Positions 17,063 to 25,505 of a stretch of 32,000 nt of DNA are shown piece after piece (positions within the stretch are counted from its first letter, which is position 1; every line of letters begins with the position of its first letter). The notes under the pieces were generated by a model that was given only the letters and a program-made list of their open reading frames with translations, was not told the origin of the DNA and did not search any database. A program made the translations under genes and the position numbers. This DNA comes from an uncultured Methanobacteriaceae archaeon. Lineage in GTDB: Archaea > Methanobacteriota > Methanobacteria > Methanobacteriales > Methanobacteriaceae. The DNA lies in NCBI GenBank assembly GCA_947259185.1, contig CAMYKT010000020.1:1007-33006 (forward strand), read 5' to 3'.

Positions 17063-17248
17063 ATGAAGGTCAGTGAAGATATAAAAAAAATCTCCCTTAA
17101 AGAAGAGTTTAGAATATGCCCGGAATGTGGCTATGAATTTGGCTTCCATAATTCTTTTTTAAAAAATGAAGCCGGAAAATATCAGAATATACTTATATGT
17201 CCCCAGTGTGGGGCCCGCTATGATGTGGGATGGGAATTATCAGTATAA
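17063..17248 (+). CDS. Small zinc-ribbon protein (61 aa from ATG 17063; the track's TTG at 17030 overlaps the upstream gene)
   Basis: CPECG-x23-CPQCG. Same length and strand as the preceding ribbon gene. Confidence 0.55.
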   Translation: MKVSEDIKKISLKEEFRICPECGYEFGFHNSFLKNEAGKYQNILICPQCGARYDVGWELSV

Positions 17249-17309
17249 TATCATTAAATCAGGCTAATTAATAAAGCTGGAAATAGTAGAATATAAATAA
17301 AATACCAGG

Positions 17310-18002
17310 GTGATGAATATGGAAGACTATGATGTGAGTGGATATGATATTGTTTCTGAAAAAATAAAAGAAAATCTGGGACTTAAAAGATCTCCGGTGG
17401 CCATAAAATTTGTTCTAAAAAAAGAGGATTTACCTGAGAATATTGAGGAAATTGATAAACCAGTAAGGCACTGTGAAATGGTAACCCGGGCCAGCCGGGG
17501 TGAAACCTTCTATGCCACTTCCCAGGATCAATCCTGTAAAGGTGGAGCAGCAGCCATCGGTGCAGGTGAAGCGCCAGAAAAAATTAAAACAGGTGAATTT
17601 TATTATGATCTGGGACGTTTTTCCAGTATAGGCGCGGCTAAAAGGACCCTGGATGCTATTCCTAAAATAGATATGGATATTTATGCTACTATTTATGCTC
17701 CCCTGGAAGATGCTACCTTCCATCCGGATATAATTGTGGTGGTGGGAAATCCGGCTCAGGCTATGAAATTATCCCAGGCACTGGTCTACACTCTGGGAGG
17801 GAGGGTAGAAGCAGATTTCTCCGGTATACAGTCTTTGTGTGCTGATGCGGTGGCCGGACCTTTTACAAGTAAAAATCCTAATATAACCCTGGGTTGCAGT
17901 GGATCCCGAAAATTTGCAGGTATTGAAGATGAAGAAGTAATTGTGGGACTTACTGGGGAAAATATTGGGTGTGTGGTTAATGCTCTGGATGCTATTAGCT
18001 AG
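17310..18002 (+). CDS. DUF169 (COG2043) family protein
   Basis: 230 aa. SPVAIKF near the N-terminus and conserved cysteines (RHCEM, QSCKGG, SLCADA, LGCSGSRKF), matching my recollection of DUF169. Confidence 0.65.
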   Translation: MMNMEDYDVSGYDIVSEKIKENLGLKRSPVAIKFVLKKEDLPENIEEIDKPVRHCEMVTRASRGETFYATSQDQSCKGGAAAIGAGEAPEKIKTGEFYYDLGRFSSIGAAKRTLDAIPKIDMDIYATIYAPLEDATFHPDIIVVVGNPAQAMKLSQALVYTLGGRVEADFSGIQSLCADAVAGPFTSKNPNITLGCSGSRKFAGIEDEEVIVGLTGENIGCVVNALDAIS

Positions 18003-18012
18003 CATCCCCCTA

Positions 18013-18702
18013 TTATTCTTCTTTAAAATCATTTAAAATAAGTTCATAATCCCTGTAATGATTTATATTAATTAATTCCTGCTTATTTTCTGGAGGGAAT
18101 CCATAAAATTCCACTCCTTCTTTAACCATTCTTCTTAACATGGGATTGAGGTTCATTTTATATTGGGGCAGGTAATGCAAAAGCAGATTCCTGGAAGAGG
18201 CCAAGGGCATCCCTAAACCTTCAGCAGAATCCAGACGACCGTAAGTTTTTCTACCCAGAATAGAAACCATGTTATCCCGGTTATCACTATTTATAATTTT
18301 ATCTTTTAATTTTCTAAGGCTATTACTTTTTACGGTGGGCTGATCACCAGCTACACAAAGGCAGATATCATTAGAAGCAGATTTTAATCCATTATACAAT
18401 GACCGGGCCAGGGGAACATCAACAGGATTATTTTCAATTATTTTTAAGCGAGGGTCATGGATATTACTTATGGCATGTACTATTTCATCCTGGTAATGAC
18501 CTACCACCAGGATACATTCCTCTACCGGGACATTTAATACACGCTGGATGGTGTGCTGCAGCAGGGGTTTACCCTTAATTTCTAAAATCAGCTTATTTTT
18601 CAGTGGCAGGCCTCTTTTTTCCAGGTCTTCCCTCATGCGGCGGTTTTGCCCAGCTGCAGTTATTATTGCACTGATACTCATTTTATCGTATGATTTACTC
18701 AT
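18013..18702 (-). CDS. MobA/MocA-like nucleotidyltransferase (NTP_transf_3 fold)
   Basis: 229 aa. AIITAAGQNRRM (the LAGGxSxRM-type NTP loop), KPLLQHTIQRV, and VAGDQP (the DQP metal/substrate motif). It is the last gene of the Mur-ligase operon. Confidence 0.75.
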   Translation of the reverse strand: MSKSYDKMSISAIITAAGQNRRMREDLEKRGLPLKNKLILEIKGKPLLQHTIQRVLNVPVEECILVVGHYQDEIVHAISNIHDPRLKIIENNPVDVPLARSLYNGLKSASNDICLCVAGDQPTVKSNSLRKLKDKIINSDNRDNMVSILGRKTYGRLDSAEGLGMPLASSRNLLLHYLPQYKMNLNPMLRRMVKEGVEFYGFPPENKQELININHYRDYELILNDFKEE

Positions 18703-18785
18703 CCCGGAGTTTATAATGTTATTATTGCACCCTATTCCTGCTTTAATTTACCAATCCATGAATTTGTCCTGATACTCCTAACTAC

Positions 18786-19994
18786 CTAATTGGGTACTAA
18801 TTCATAGACTTCCGCATAAATCTGTGTATTTCCTGCTGCTCCTGTGGTCCACATAACGATTAGCAGGGGGTATTCTCTATTATTATTCACCTTTACTCCG
18901 GTGGCAGGATCCACTCCAAAGGCTATACAGTGGAATGACCAGTTTAAGCCAATTGGTAGAGGCACTCCGGCAGAAGTCACTGCGCCCCTTAAGGCCCGGG
19001 CTGGGGGACAGGTCCCATGGGAAGCAAATCCACCTGGTGCTTCAGGATCCCTTACTCCCACAAATCCACCTGACTTTTTACCAGAAGCCATATTTTCAGG
19101 AGGTACTATGGTCCCGTTCCACCTATTGGCAAATTCTCGAGCATTATGGGCCCGGGAATAATCATCGTACTCGGGATAAGACCCTAAATAACTAACAGAT
19201 CCGGATACTTTCTGGGGAGTGTAGTCATCCATATAGGCCATAACCGGGGCACCTTCTGGATAATCTTTAACATAATCCAGCACAGATTTCCCGAAATAAA
19301 CTTCAATTTGGGAGGGAGGTACTGTATTTCTACCATCACTGAAATTGGTGAGAGCATAATCCAGTACAATTTTATCTCCTATCTGGGCCTTATCATACCA
19401 TTTTTTGACTTGTTCCCCAGAAATGTACTGATTAGGGATGGTATCATTACTGATATCTTCCCCACCAACCACCCGCAGGGTCTGGTTATTCTCACTGATT
19501 TCTAAACCGTCTTTAGTTTTATATCCATAGACATAGGGGTTTTTAAATCCCCAAATAAAATTATCTGGAGGGCTAACTGTTAATTTTCCAGCATTTACCA
19601 TTAGCATTCCTGGTCCTTCATAACCGGTGGCAATTCCATACCGGGAAATACTACCTCCGGTAAGATGCACAATAGGGGTAGGGATACTACCGGTTAATAA
19701 CGACTCCATTAAATCCATAATACGGTAATCCCGGGCAAATTCAATCAGGTAACGGGGGTGGGTTATTAAGGGAACCCTCCTTATTTTACTATCATCCACC
19801 ACATCAGTTCCCGGTAATACCGTATCACCTGGTGTTAAACCGGTTATTTCCTCTGCATTTTGAGCAGGATATACTCCTTCCAGGTAAACTCCCAGGGGGG
19901 TGCTTATAATACCTAAAAATATCAACACTACCAGTATTTTAAATGCCGAGTTCTCCCAGTATTTTTTTAGAATATTTAACTCCTCCTTCTCCAA
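18786..19994 (-). CDS. Membrane-anchored extracytoplasmic protein of unknown function, with a Cys/His-containing VanW-like C-terminal region
   Basis: 402 aa. Single N-terminal transmembrane segment (FKILVVLIFLGIISTPLGVYL). C-terminus GGFASHGTCPPARALRGAVTSAGVPLPIGLNWSFHCIAFGVDPATGVKVNNNREYPLLI (18855-19034). TTG start at 19994, with a GGAGGAG just downstream, so the exact start is uncertain. It overlaps the end of the upstream ligase gene. Confidence 0.7.
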   Translation of the reverse strand: MEKEELNILKKYWENSAFKILVVLIFLGIISTPLGVYLEGVYPAQNAEEITGLTPGDTVLPGTDVVDDSKIRRVPLITHPRYLIEFARDYRIMDLMESLLTGSIPTPIVHLTGGSISRYGIATGYEGPGMLMVNAGKLTVSPPDNFIWGFKNPYVYGYKTKDGLEISENNQTLRVVGGEDISNDTIPNQYISGEQVKKWYDKAQIGDKIVLDYALTNFSDGRNTVPPSQIEVYFGKSVLDYVKDYPEGAPVMAYMDDYTPQKVSGSVSYLGSYPEYDDYSRAHNAREFANRWNGTIVPPENMASGKKSGGFVGVRDPEAPGGFASHGTCPPARALRGAVTSAGVPLPIGLNWSFHCIAFGVDPATGVKVNNNREYPLLIVMWTTGAAGNTQIYAEVYELVPN

Positions 19995-22900
19995 TTACTA
20001 ATATGATATCATTATCTTTAACTAATTCCAGTGCTTTTTCCAGGGCCTCCTGTACCTGATTTTTACTGGCACCCAGAGTTCCTTTTTTTATATTCTCGGC
20101 ACTGGATTTGGTTTCCACAATCTCTTTATTGATATACTTAGATGATTTAAGGGCGGCATAGGAAGCAGGTATCACCACATCTGCATAGTTAAGGATTTTT
20201 GCAATATCCCCATCACCCTGGCTGCCACTTTCTGAGGAAATAGTGTTTACCACGATTAGTTGAGAATCATCATCTTTTTTACTTAAAATTCTTTGTATAA
20301 CTGCTTTTACACCGGCCGGATTGTGAGCATAATCAATAATTAAAGAAGGATGGTCACTTATTTTTTCAAACCTACCTTCCACACCCGCAAAATCCTGAAG
20401 CCCGGTCACTATATCTTCAAATTTAATACCCATAGCCCAGGCACCTGCAGCAGCAGCCAGGGCATTGTAAATATTATATATGCCTTCTATTTTTAATTTA
20501 ACCATAGCCTGTTCTGATTTAATCCGGAGTAACATACTGTTTTCTGTTACCTGACGTCCGGATACATCCAGTGGTGGTTTTTTAAATCCACATATACATT
20601 TATATTTGCCTAAATGCCCTAAATAATGTTTTTCATACTTGAGGAGTGCTTCACACAGGGGACATTCCCGTCCTTCAGAAAAGGTATTAATTCTGGTATT
20701 AATATTTTCAATACCATAGAATATTATATTTTCCGGGTTTTGGGAATAGGCAAAACTGGCTACCAGAGGGTCATCTGCATTGAGTATTAATATATCGGCC
20801 ACGTCAGTTATTTCTTTTTTACACTGTACATACAGGTTAAAATCATCATCTTCTTTTAAATGGTCCCTGGAAATATTGGTTACCAGTCCCAGATCAACTT
20901 CACAGTTTAAAGCAGAGTTTTTTATTTCATCCGCGTTTCCAAAGGTTCCTATTTCCACCACCGCCATGTCCCCTTTAAGACGAGTTTGCAAAGCAGGAAT
21001 AAGTTCAGTATTACCCTGGATAGGCATATGGTGTTCAGGAACATGGTAATCTGCTTTATAGAGAATATGTTTTAGTATCTGGGTGGTGGTGGTTTTACCA
21101 TTGGTACCGGTTATCCCTATTACTGGTTTATCCACCTTACAGATGGCCATCACTTCATCCACACCGATTATATCCGCAGAACTATTCTGGGTAATCAGAT
21201 CCCATACCTTCTGGTTTTTTTCCAGTCCCGGGGTGAGTACAATGGTTTGGGCTTTTTTAAGTACCTCCGGGGAGTGGCCTCCCAGGTCCATTTTTATGTC
21301 TTCGCGGGTAAAAACATCCTTCAAATAGGTATCCGGGCTCACATCAGAAACTGTTACATCCGCCCCGTTGTGCTTCAAAACACGGGCTAATAGACTTCCT
21401 ACAGTGCCACAACCACCTATGACCACAATATTGGAGTTATAATCCTGATAATAATCAATGGCCTTTTTGATATCATTCTTAACATTTTCATAGGCATTTA
21501 CCACTCCCGGCCCCAGGTGTAATATGGTATCACCGGGTGCTGAAAGTTCCAGAGCCATTAAAATGGCGGTGGTCACATCTTCCACCCCATAGCTTTCCAC
21601 TGCACCTGCAGCAGAGATTACTTCCTCCACCGCTTTCCAGTCAACTACCTCGGTGGTTTCATTTTTAGCACTGGAAATAATCACATCTGCCTTTTTATCT
21701 AAAATCCCACCAATTTTTGATTTATCTCTTATGGTAAGGGTATCAGGGTTATCCAGACTTATTATAAGTCTTCCCGGAACAGATAAGCCTTCTAATAATT
21801 TTTCCATACTTTCCGGGTTATGGGCAGCATCCATAAATATATTAACCTCATTAAGTTGACCTATTTTCTCAAAACGACCTTTAACCCCATGAAATGACTC
21901 AATTCTTTCTTTCAAATATTCCAGACCAAAACCCAGAACCAGGCCAGTGCCCACAGCAGCCAGCGCATTCTCAATATTACAGCTACCCGGTATTTTCAAG
22001 TTTATATCCGTTTTAAATGGTCCCACCATTTTCCGGGAGAAGTTACCACAACTGCAATTGATATGGCCACAATTTTCACATACGCTGCTAGGGAGGACCG
22101 TGCTCACCAGGTTGAAACTGGAACCATCCAGCCCTTTAAGCTGAATATCTTCTGCATAGATATTTAGATCCACTTCTAAAGGACCATAAGTCTTATCTTC
22201 AAAATTGATGATTTGAGGAGCCCCTAAACCATAGTAAATACTTTTCTTATTACTTTTTTTACCCTGCTGGACCACCACCGGGTCATCACCATTTAAAATC
22301 AATACCCCCTGGGGGGATATTAAATGGGATAGGGAAAAGTTACGATTGACATAATCTTCATAGCTGGTGAATTCATCCATATGATCCGGGGTGAGGTTGG
22401 TTACCACCCCGGCACATAGTTCCAATCCATCAGCCATCCTTATAGTTCCATGGGGCAGTTCGAATACAGCCAGCTCTTTATCACTGGTTTTTTCATTAAC
22501 CACCAGTTCTATGAGTCCTTCAATAACCAGAGAATCCTGCAGGGATGAAAAAGTAATGGTTTCCAGCTCACCTTCCAGTACATGGTTTATCATATTAGTG
22601 GTGGTGGTTTTACCATCGGTCCCGCCAATACCCACCATAGGTATCTCTATTAAAGAATTCAAAATCTCTCCGATATGGGAAGTACTTATCAGGTCTATTT
22701 TTTTATTTTCTCTGGTCTTTTCAATGAATATACGTATATCTGCCTGAGGAGGTATATTAGGGGAAATAAATATGGCATCTGCCCATAAAACGCTGTCAAA
22801 TATATGGGTTCCCAACTCAAAAACAACCCCCTTTTCTTCCAGCTTTTTAATTTTTTTCCGGGCTTTTTTAGGAAGGGAGTTATAATCCTGCATATCTGAA

Positions 22901-23022
22901 ACCCGTACCTGGTTACCCAAATAGTTTAATAAATTAGCAGCAGGTCTTCCTGCATTTCCTGCTCCCACTACCAGTATCTTTTTACCATTTATCAATGTAT
23001 CAACCTTTAGAGAGTGATTCAA
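19939..23022 (-). CDS. Tandem-fused double Mur-ligase-family protein (two complete MurD-N/MurT-like modules); putative pseudomurein peptide ligase
   Basis: 1027 aa. Module 1 (aa 1-~527): VVGAGNAGRPAA, P-loop GIGGTDGKTTT, Cys4 CENCGHINCSC (22048-22080), GRFE, DAAHNP. Module 2 (aa ~528-1027): VIGGCGTVGSLLA, GITGTNGKTTT, CPLC-x18-CIC (20590-20664), GRFE, DYAHNP. An alternative TTG start at 22995 gives (M)INGKKILVVGAG, just after the upstream stop. Confidence 0.85.
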   Translation of the reverse strand: MNHSLKVDTLINGKKILVVGAGNAGRPAANLLNYLGNQVRVSDMQDYNSLPKKARKKIKKLEEKGVVFELGTHIFDSVLWADAIFISPNIPPQADIRIFIEKTRENKKIDLISTSHIGEILNSLIEIPMVGIGGTDGKTTTTNMINHVLEGELETITFSSLQDSLVIEGLIELVVNEKTSDKELAVFELPHGTIRMADGLELCAGVVTNLTPDHMDEFTSYEDYVNRNFSLSHLISPQGVLILNGDDPVVVQQGKKSNKKSIYYGLGAPQIINFEDKTYGPLEVDLNIYAEDIQLKGLDGSSFNLVSTVLPSSVCENCGHINCSCGNFSRKMVGPFKTDINLKIPGSCNIENALAAVGTGLVLGFGLEYLKERIESFHGVKGRFEKIGQLNEVNIFMDAAHNPESMEKLLEGLSVPGRLIISLDNPDTLTIRDKSKIGGILDKKADVIISSAKNETTEVVDWKAVEEVISAAGAVESYGVEDVTTAILMALELSAPGDTILHLGPGVVNAYENVKNDIKKAIDYYQDYNSNIVVIGGCGTVGSLLARVLKHNGADVTVSDVSPDTYLKDVFTREDIKMDLGGHSPEVLKKAQTIVLTPGLEKNQKVWDLITQNSSADIIGVDEVMAICKVDKPVIGITGTNGKTTTTQILKHILYKADYHVPEHHMPIQGNTELIPALQTRLKGDMAVVEIGTFGNADEIKNSALNCEVDLGLVTNISRDHLKEDDDFNLYVQCKKEITDVADILILNADDPLVASFAYSQNPENIIFYGIENINTRINTFSEGRECPLCEALLKYEKHYLGHLGKYKCICGFKKPPLDVSGRQVTENSMLLRIKSEQAMVKLKIEGIYNIYNALAAAAGAWAMGIKFEDIVTGLQDFAGVEGRFEKISDHPSLIIDYAHNPAGVKAVIQRILSKKDDDSQLIVVNTISSESGSQGDGDIAKILNYADVVIPASYAALKSSKYINKEIVETKSSAENIKKGTLGASKNQVQEALEKALELVKDNDIILVIGEGGVKYSKKILGELGI

Positions 23023-24217
23023 TATAATTTTGCATTTCTTTTATTTTTTCTTGACCATTTCCGCCTATAAAAATATTTTTAAATGATAGGTATGGTTTTA
23101 TAATCTCCGGGAGCTGATCAAATTCCTTTATGATTTTGACTTCACCTTCAAAACCCAGTGATATTAATTTCTTTACTGCCAGGGAAGTGCTGTCCTCCAG
23201 ACCAGGGAATAAAATTATGGTCTCGGGATTGGATTTACATACTTCCTCTAAAATTTTAAAACGCCATTTTTCCTCTGCCCGGGGGGTTCCCACTACCATC
23301 ACCGGAAACTCAGCTTCCTTTAAAACCTCCTGGATGGCCCCGGTGTTATCAGTTTTCCCCACCACAATGTGGCTGCCCTGAATATTAAACGATTTTATAC
23401 GCCCTTCCACTGGACTAAAATTCTCCAGTGAATCTTTAATAATATCCTCTCTTATTTTAAGAACATTAGCCACAGTTTCTGCTGCTCCTGCATTAATTTT
23501 ATTAAATTCTCCAAAAAGAAGAAGTTGGTAGGTGGTCTTATCATAAAAAGAGTACTTTAAAAGATTTTTTGATATCTCCACCAGATACTTATCCTGTTTA
23601 TTCAGGAGACTATTTTTTGATTTTAAAAATTTTCCCATGTTCCGGGCATAGTTTTCCAGGGACTGATGATGGTTCAGGTGGTCCGGCCCTATATTGGTGG
23701 CCACCACCAGGTCGAATTCAAAACAATGCTCTGCATATTCCAGGGTCATATCACAGACTTCCACAATCATAACCTGGTATTTATTAGAATCAGCTTCTAA
23801 AATTAATTCACTGTAACCATCAAATCCACCCCCAGAATTACCTCCAATTAAAACCTCCATACCGGCCTTTTCCAGTATGCTTTTTATCATTAAAGAGGTG
23901 GTGGTTTTACCATTGGTTCCTGTCACTCCAATGGTGAAAAGGGAGCGATGGGTATTTATTTTATCAGATAATAGCATCTTAGATTTTTTAATTTTTTCTC
24001 CTAAAGGAGTTTTCCATAATCCCGGACTAAGGGCCACTGCATCCGCAGAGAATATTTTCTCCTCATTATGGAATCCCAGATCCAGGTCTACAACATCTTC
24101 TTCCAGGATAATGCTTTTATTAAGATCAGTGGCATAAACCTGGTGACCTCTATTTTTAAGAGACCTGATAGCTTTTTTACCTTCAACTCCCAATCCAATT
24201 ACTGCAACTTTCATCAA
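23000..24217 (-). CDS. Mur-ligase-family protein (MurD-like N-domain); putative pseudomurein peptide ligase
   Basis: 405 aa. KVAVIGLGVEGKKA Rossmann domain, P-loop GVTGTNGKTTTS, ATNIGPDHL, and a short C-terminal domain with no Cys4 ribbon. Confidence 0.8.
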   Translation of the reverse strand: MMKVAVIGLGVEGKKAIRSLKNRGHQVYATDLNKSIILEEDVVDLDLGFHNEEKIFSADAVALSPGLWKTPLGEKIKKSKMLLSDKINTHRSLFTIGVTGTNGKTTTSLMIKSILEKAGMEVLIGGNSGGGFDGYSELILEADSNKYQVMIVEVCDMTLEYAEHCFEFDLVVATNIGPDHLNHHQSLENYARNMGKFLKSKNSLLNKQDKYLVEISKNLLKYSFYDKTTYQLLLFGEFNKINAGAAETVANVLKIREDIIKDSLENFSPVEGRIKSFNIQGSHIVVGKTDNTGAIQEVLKEAEFPVMVVGTPRAEEKWRFKILEEVCKSNPETIILFPGLEDSTSLAVKKLISLGFEGEVKIIKEFDQLPEIIKPYLSFKNIFIGGNGQEKIKEMQNYIESLSKG

Positions 24218-24462
24218 TACACCTTTAGAAATAAAAAATTAATTAATTATTCTAATTATTTCCTAGTTTAGTATGCTATATCAAATTTAATATTAAGAAA
24301 TTTTTATTAGTTATCTATTAAAATAAGTAATATTTAAAGTAATTTTTTGTACAGTATTTTATTAAAAATTCCGTTATTATATTCATAATATAACTGACAC
24401 TTTATTTAACTAGGATTACAGTAAACACCCGGGATGGTATTGAATATTTTCTGGGGGTTTTC

Positions 24463-24723
24463 TTAATCTAATTTAGATTCATTTTCGTCCTGATTTATAA
24501 CACTATCTTCGTCCTGATCCACACCATACTCCTCTTTTAATTCATCCAGGATATTTTCATGTAGATTAGAAACTTTTACTTCTACCTGTTCCCTTTTTTT
24601 AGTTTTTAATCTACGGCCTATAATCCATAATACCACTATGATAGATAAGATAAAGGCCAGTGCTACTATAACCGGGATTAAAAGTGAGTAATCAAATCCA
24701 TCAATATTGAATTCCGGACCCAT
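24463..24723 (-). CDS. Small single-pass membrane protein with an acidic C-terminal tail
   Basis: 86 aa. Transmembrane segment LLIPVIVALAFILSIIVVLWII, followed by RRLKTKKRE and a D/E-rich tail. Confidence 0.5.
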   Translation of the reverse strand: MGPEFNIDGFDYSLLIPVIVALAFILSIIVVLWIIGRRLKTKKREQVEVKVSNLHENILDELKEEYGVDQDEDSVINQDENESKLD

Positions 24724-24814
24724 AATTAAAATATGGTAAAGAGATATATAATGCTAATCATTTGAACACTTTAATAAAAAAAATATAGTTTGTTTTAAGT
24801 CTCGGGGGTATAAA

Positions 24815-25390
24815 ATGGGATTTAGATATGATACGAGAGGACAGGGATCAGCTGAATATGTACTGCTTTTTGCTGCAGTCATAGTGATTGTTATTGCTGG
24901 ATTATACATGTATTATTCTTATTTTAGTTTTGGAGAGGAAGTGGAAATGGTGGATGTAAGTTTAACCATTACCAATACCGGGCCCCGGCCTTCCCAGTTT
25001 ATTTATGAAGCCAATAATACTACTGGTGTAAATCGCCATATTAGCACCGGTAATCCTGGAAATTTCTTTTTCACATTACCTTCGGGCCAGAGCCGTACCT
25101 TTTCTTTAGGTACCATGCATTCACCAGTTAGCTTCACCATAGAAGGAGGGGTGGGAAATCCCACCAGTGGAAGTGCCCAGCAAAGAGGTGAAGGCCAATC
25201 TGGTAGATGGACCATTACTATTGGAAACCAGACCATATCATGGGATATAAATGGCCCTTTTGACTGGAGAAAAAACCCCACCGGTAGTATTATTCGTAGT
25301 TTTGCCATAACGGGAGGGGGAGGTGGACTTCCATTTAATATTACAGAAGACCTTCAAACTGTAAGGACCAATGTGAGTGGGGCCTCATAA
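24815..25390 (+). CDS. Class III signal peptide (archaeal type IV pilin-like) protein with a Gly/Thr/Asn-rich globular domain
   Basis: 191 aa. The N-terminus TRGQGSAEYVLLFAAVIVIVIAGL fits the prepilin motif [KR]G/QxSxEY plus a hydrophobic helix. Confidence 0.7.
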   Translation: MGFRYDTRGQGSAEYVLLFAAVIVIVIAGLYMYYSYFSFGEEVEMVDVSLTITNTGPRPSQFIYEANNTTGVNRHISTGNPGNFFFTLPSGQSRTFSLGTMHSPVSFTIEGGVGNPTSGSAQQRGEGQSGRWTITIGNQTISWDINGPFDWRKNPTGSIIRSFAITGGGGGLPFNITEDLQTVRTNVSGAS

Positions 25391-25505
25391 TAGATCAAGT
25401 TTATAAAACCCCCTTTACTTTTTTAGTAATTATTATAATTTTTTATATGCAGGGGAATACTTTCAGTTTATAATCCACTATTCCAATCTTTCATAAGTAC
25501 CTTTT

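Noticed and set aside
19939-24217. Numerous 60-120-aa antisense or alternative-frame ORFs inside the Mur-ligase genes (for example 20780..21049, 22391..22747, 23877..24137); similar ones occur inside most large genes
   Set aside because: They are embedded in long ORFs with clear family motifs on the other strand or frame. Their translations are Ser/Pro/Leu-rich with no motifs, so they are by-products of codon bias.
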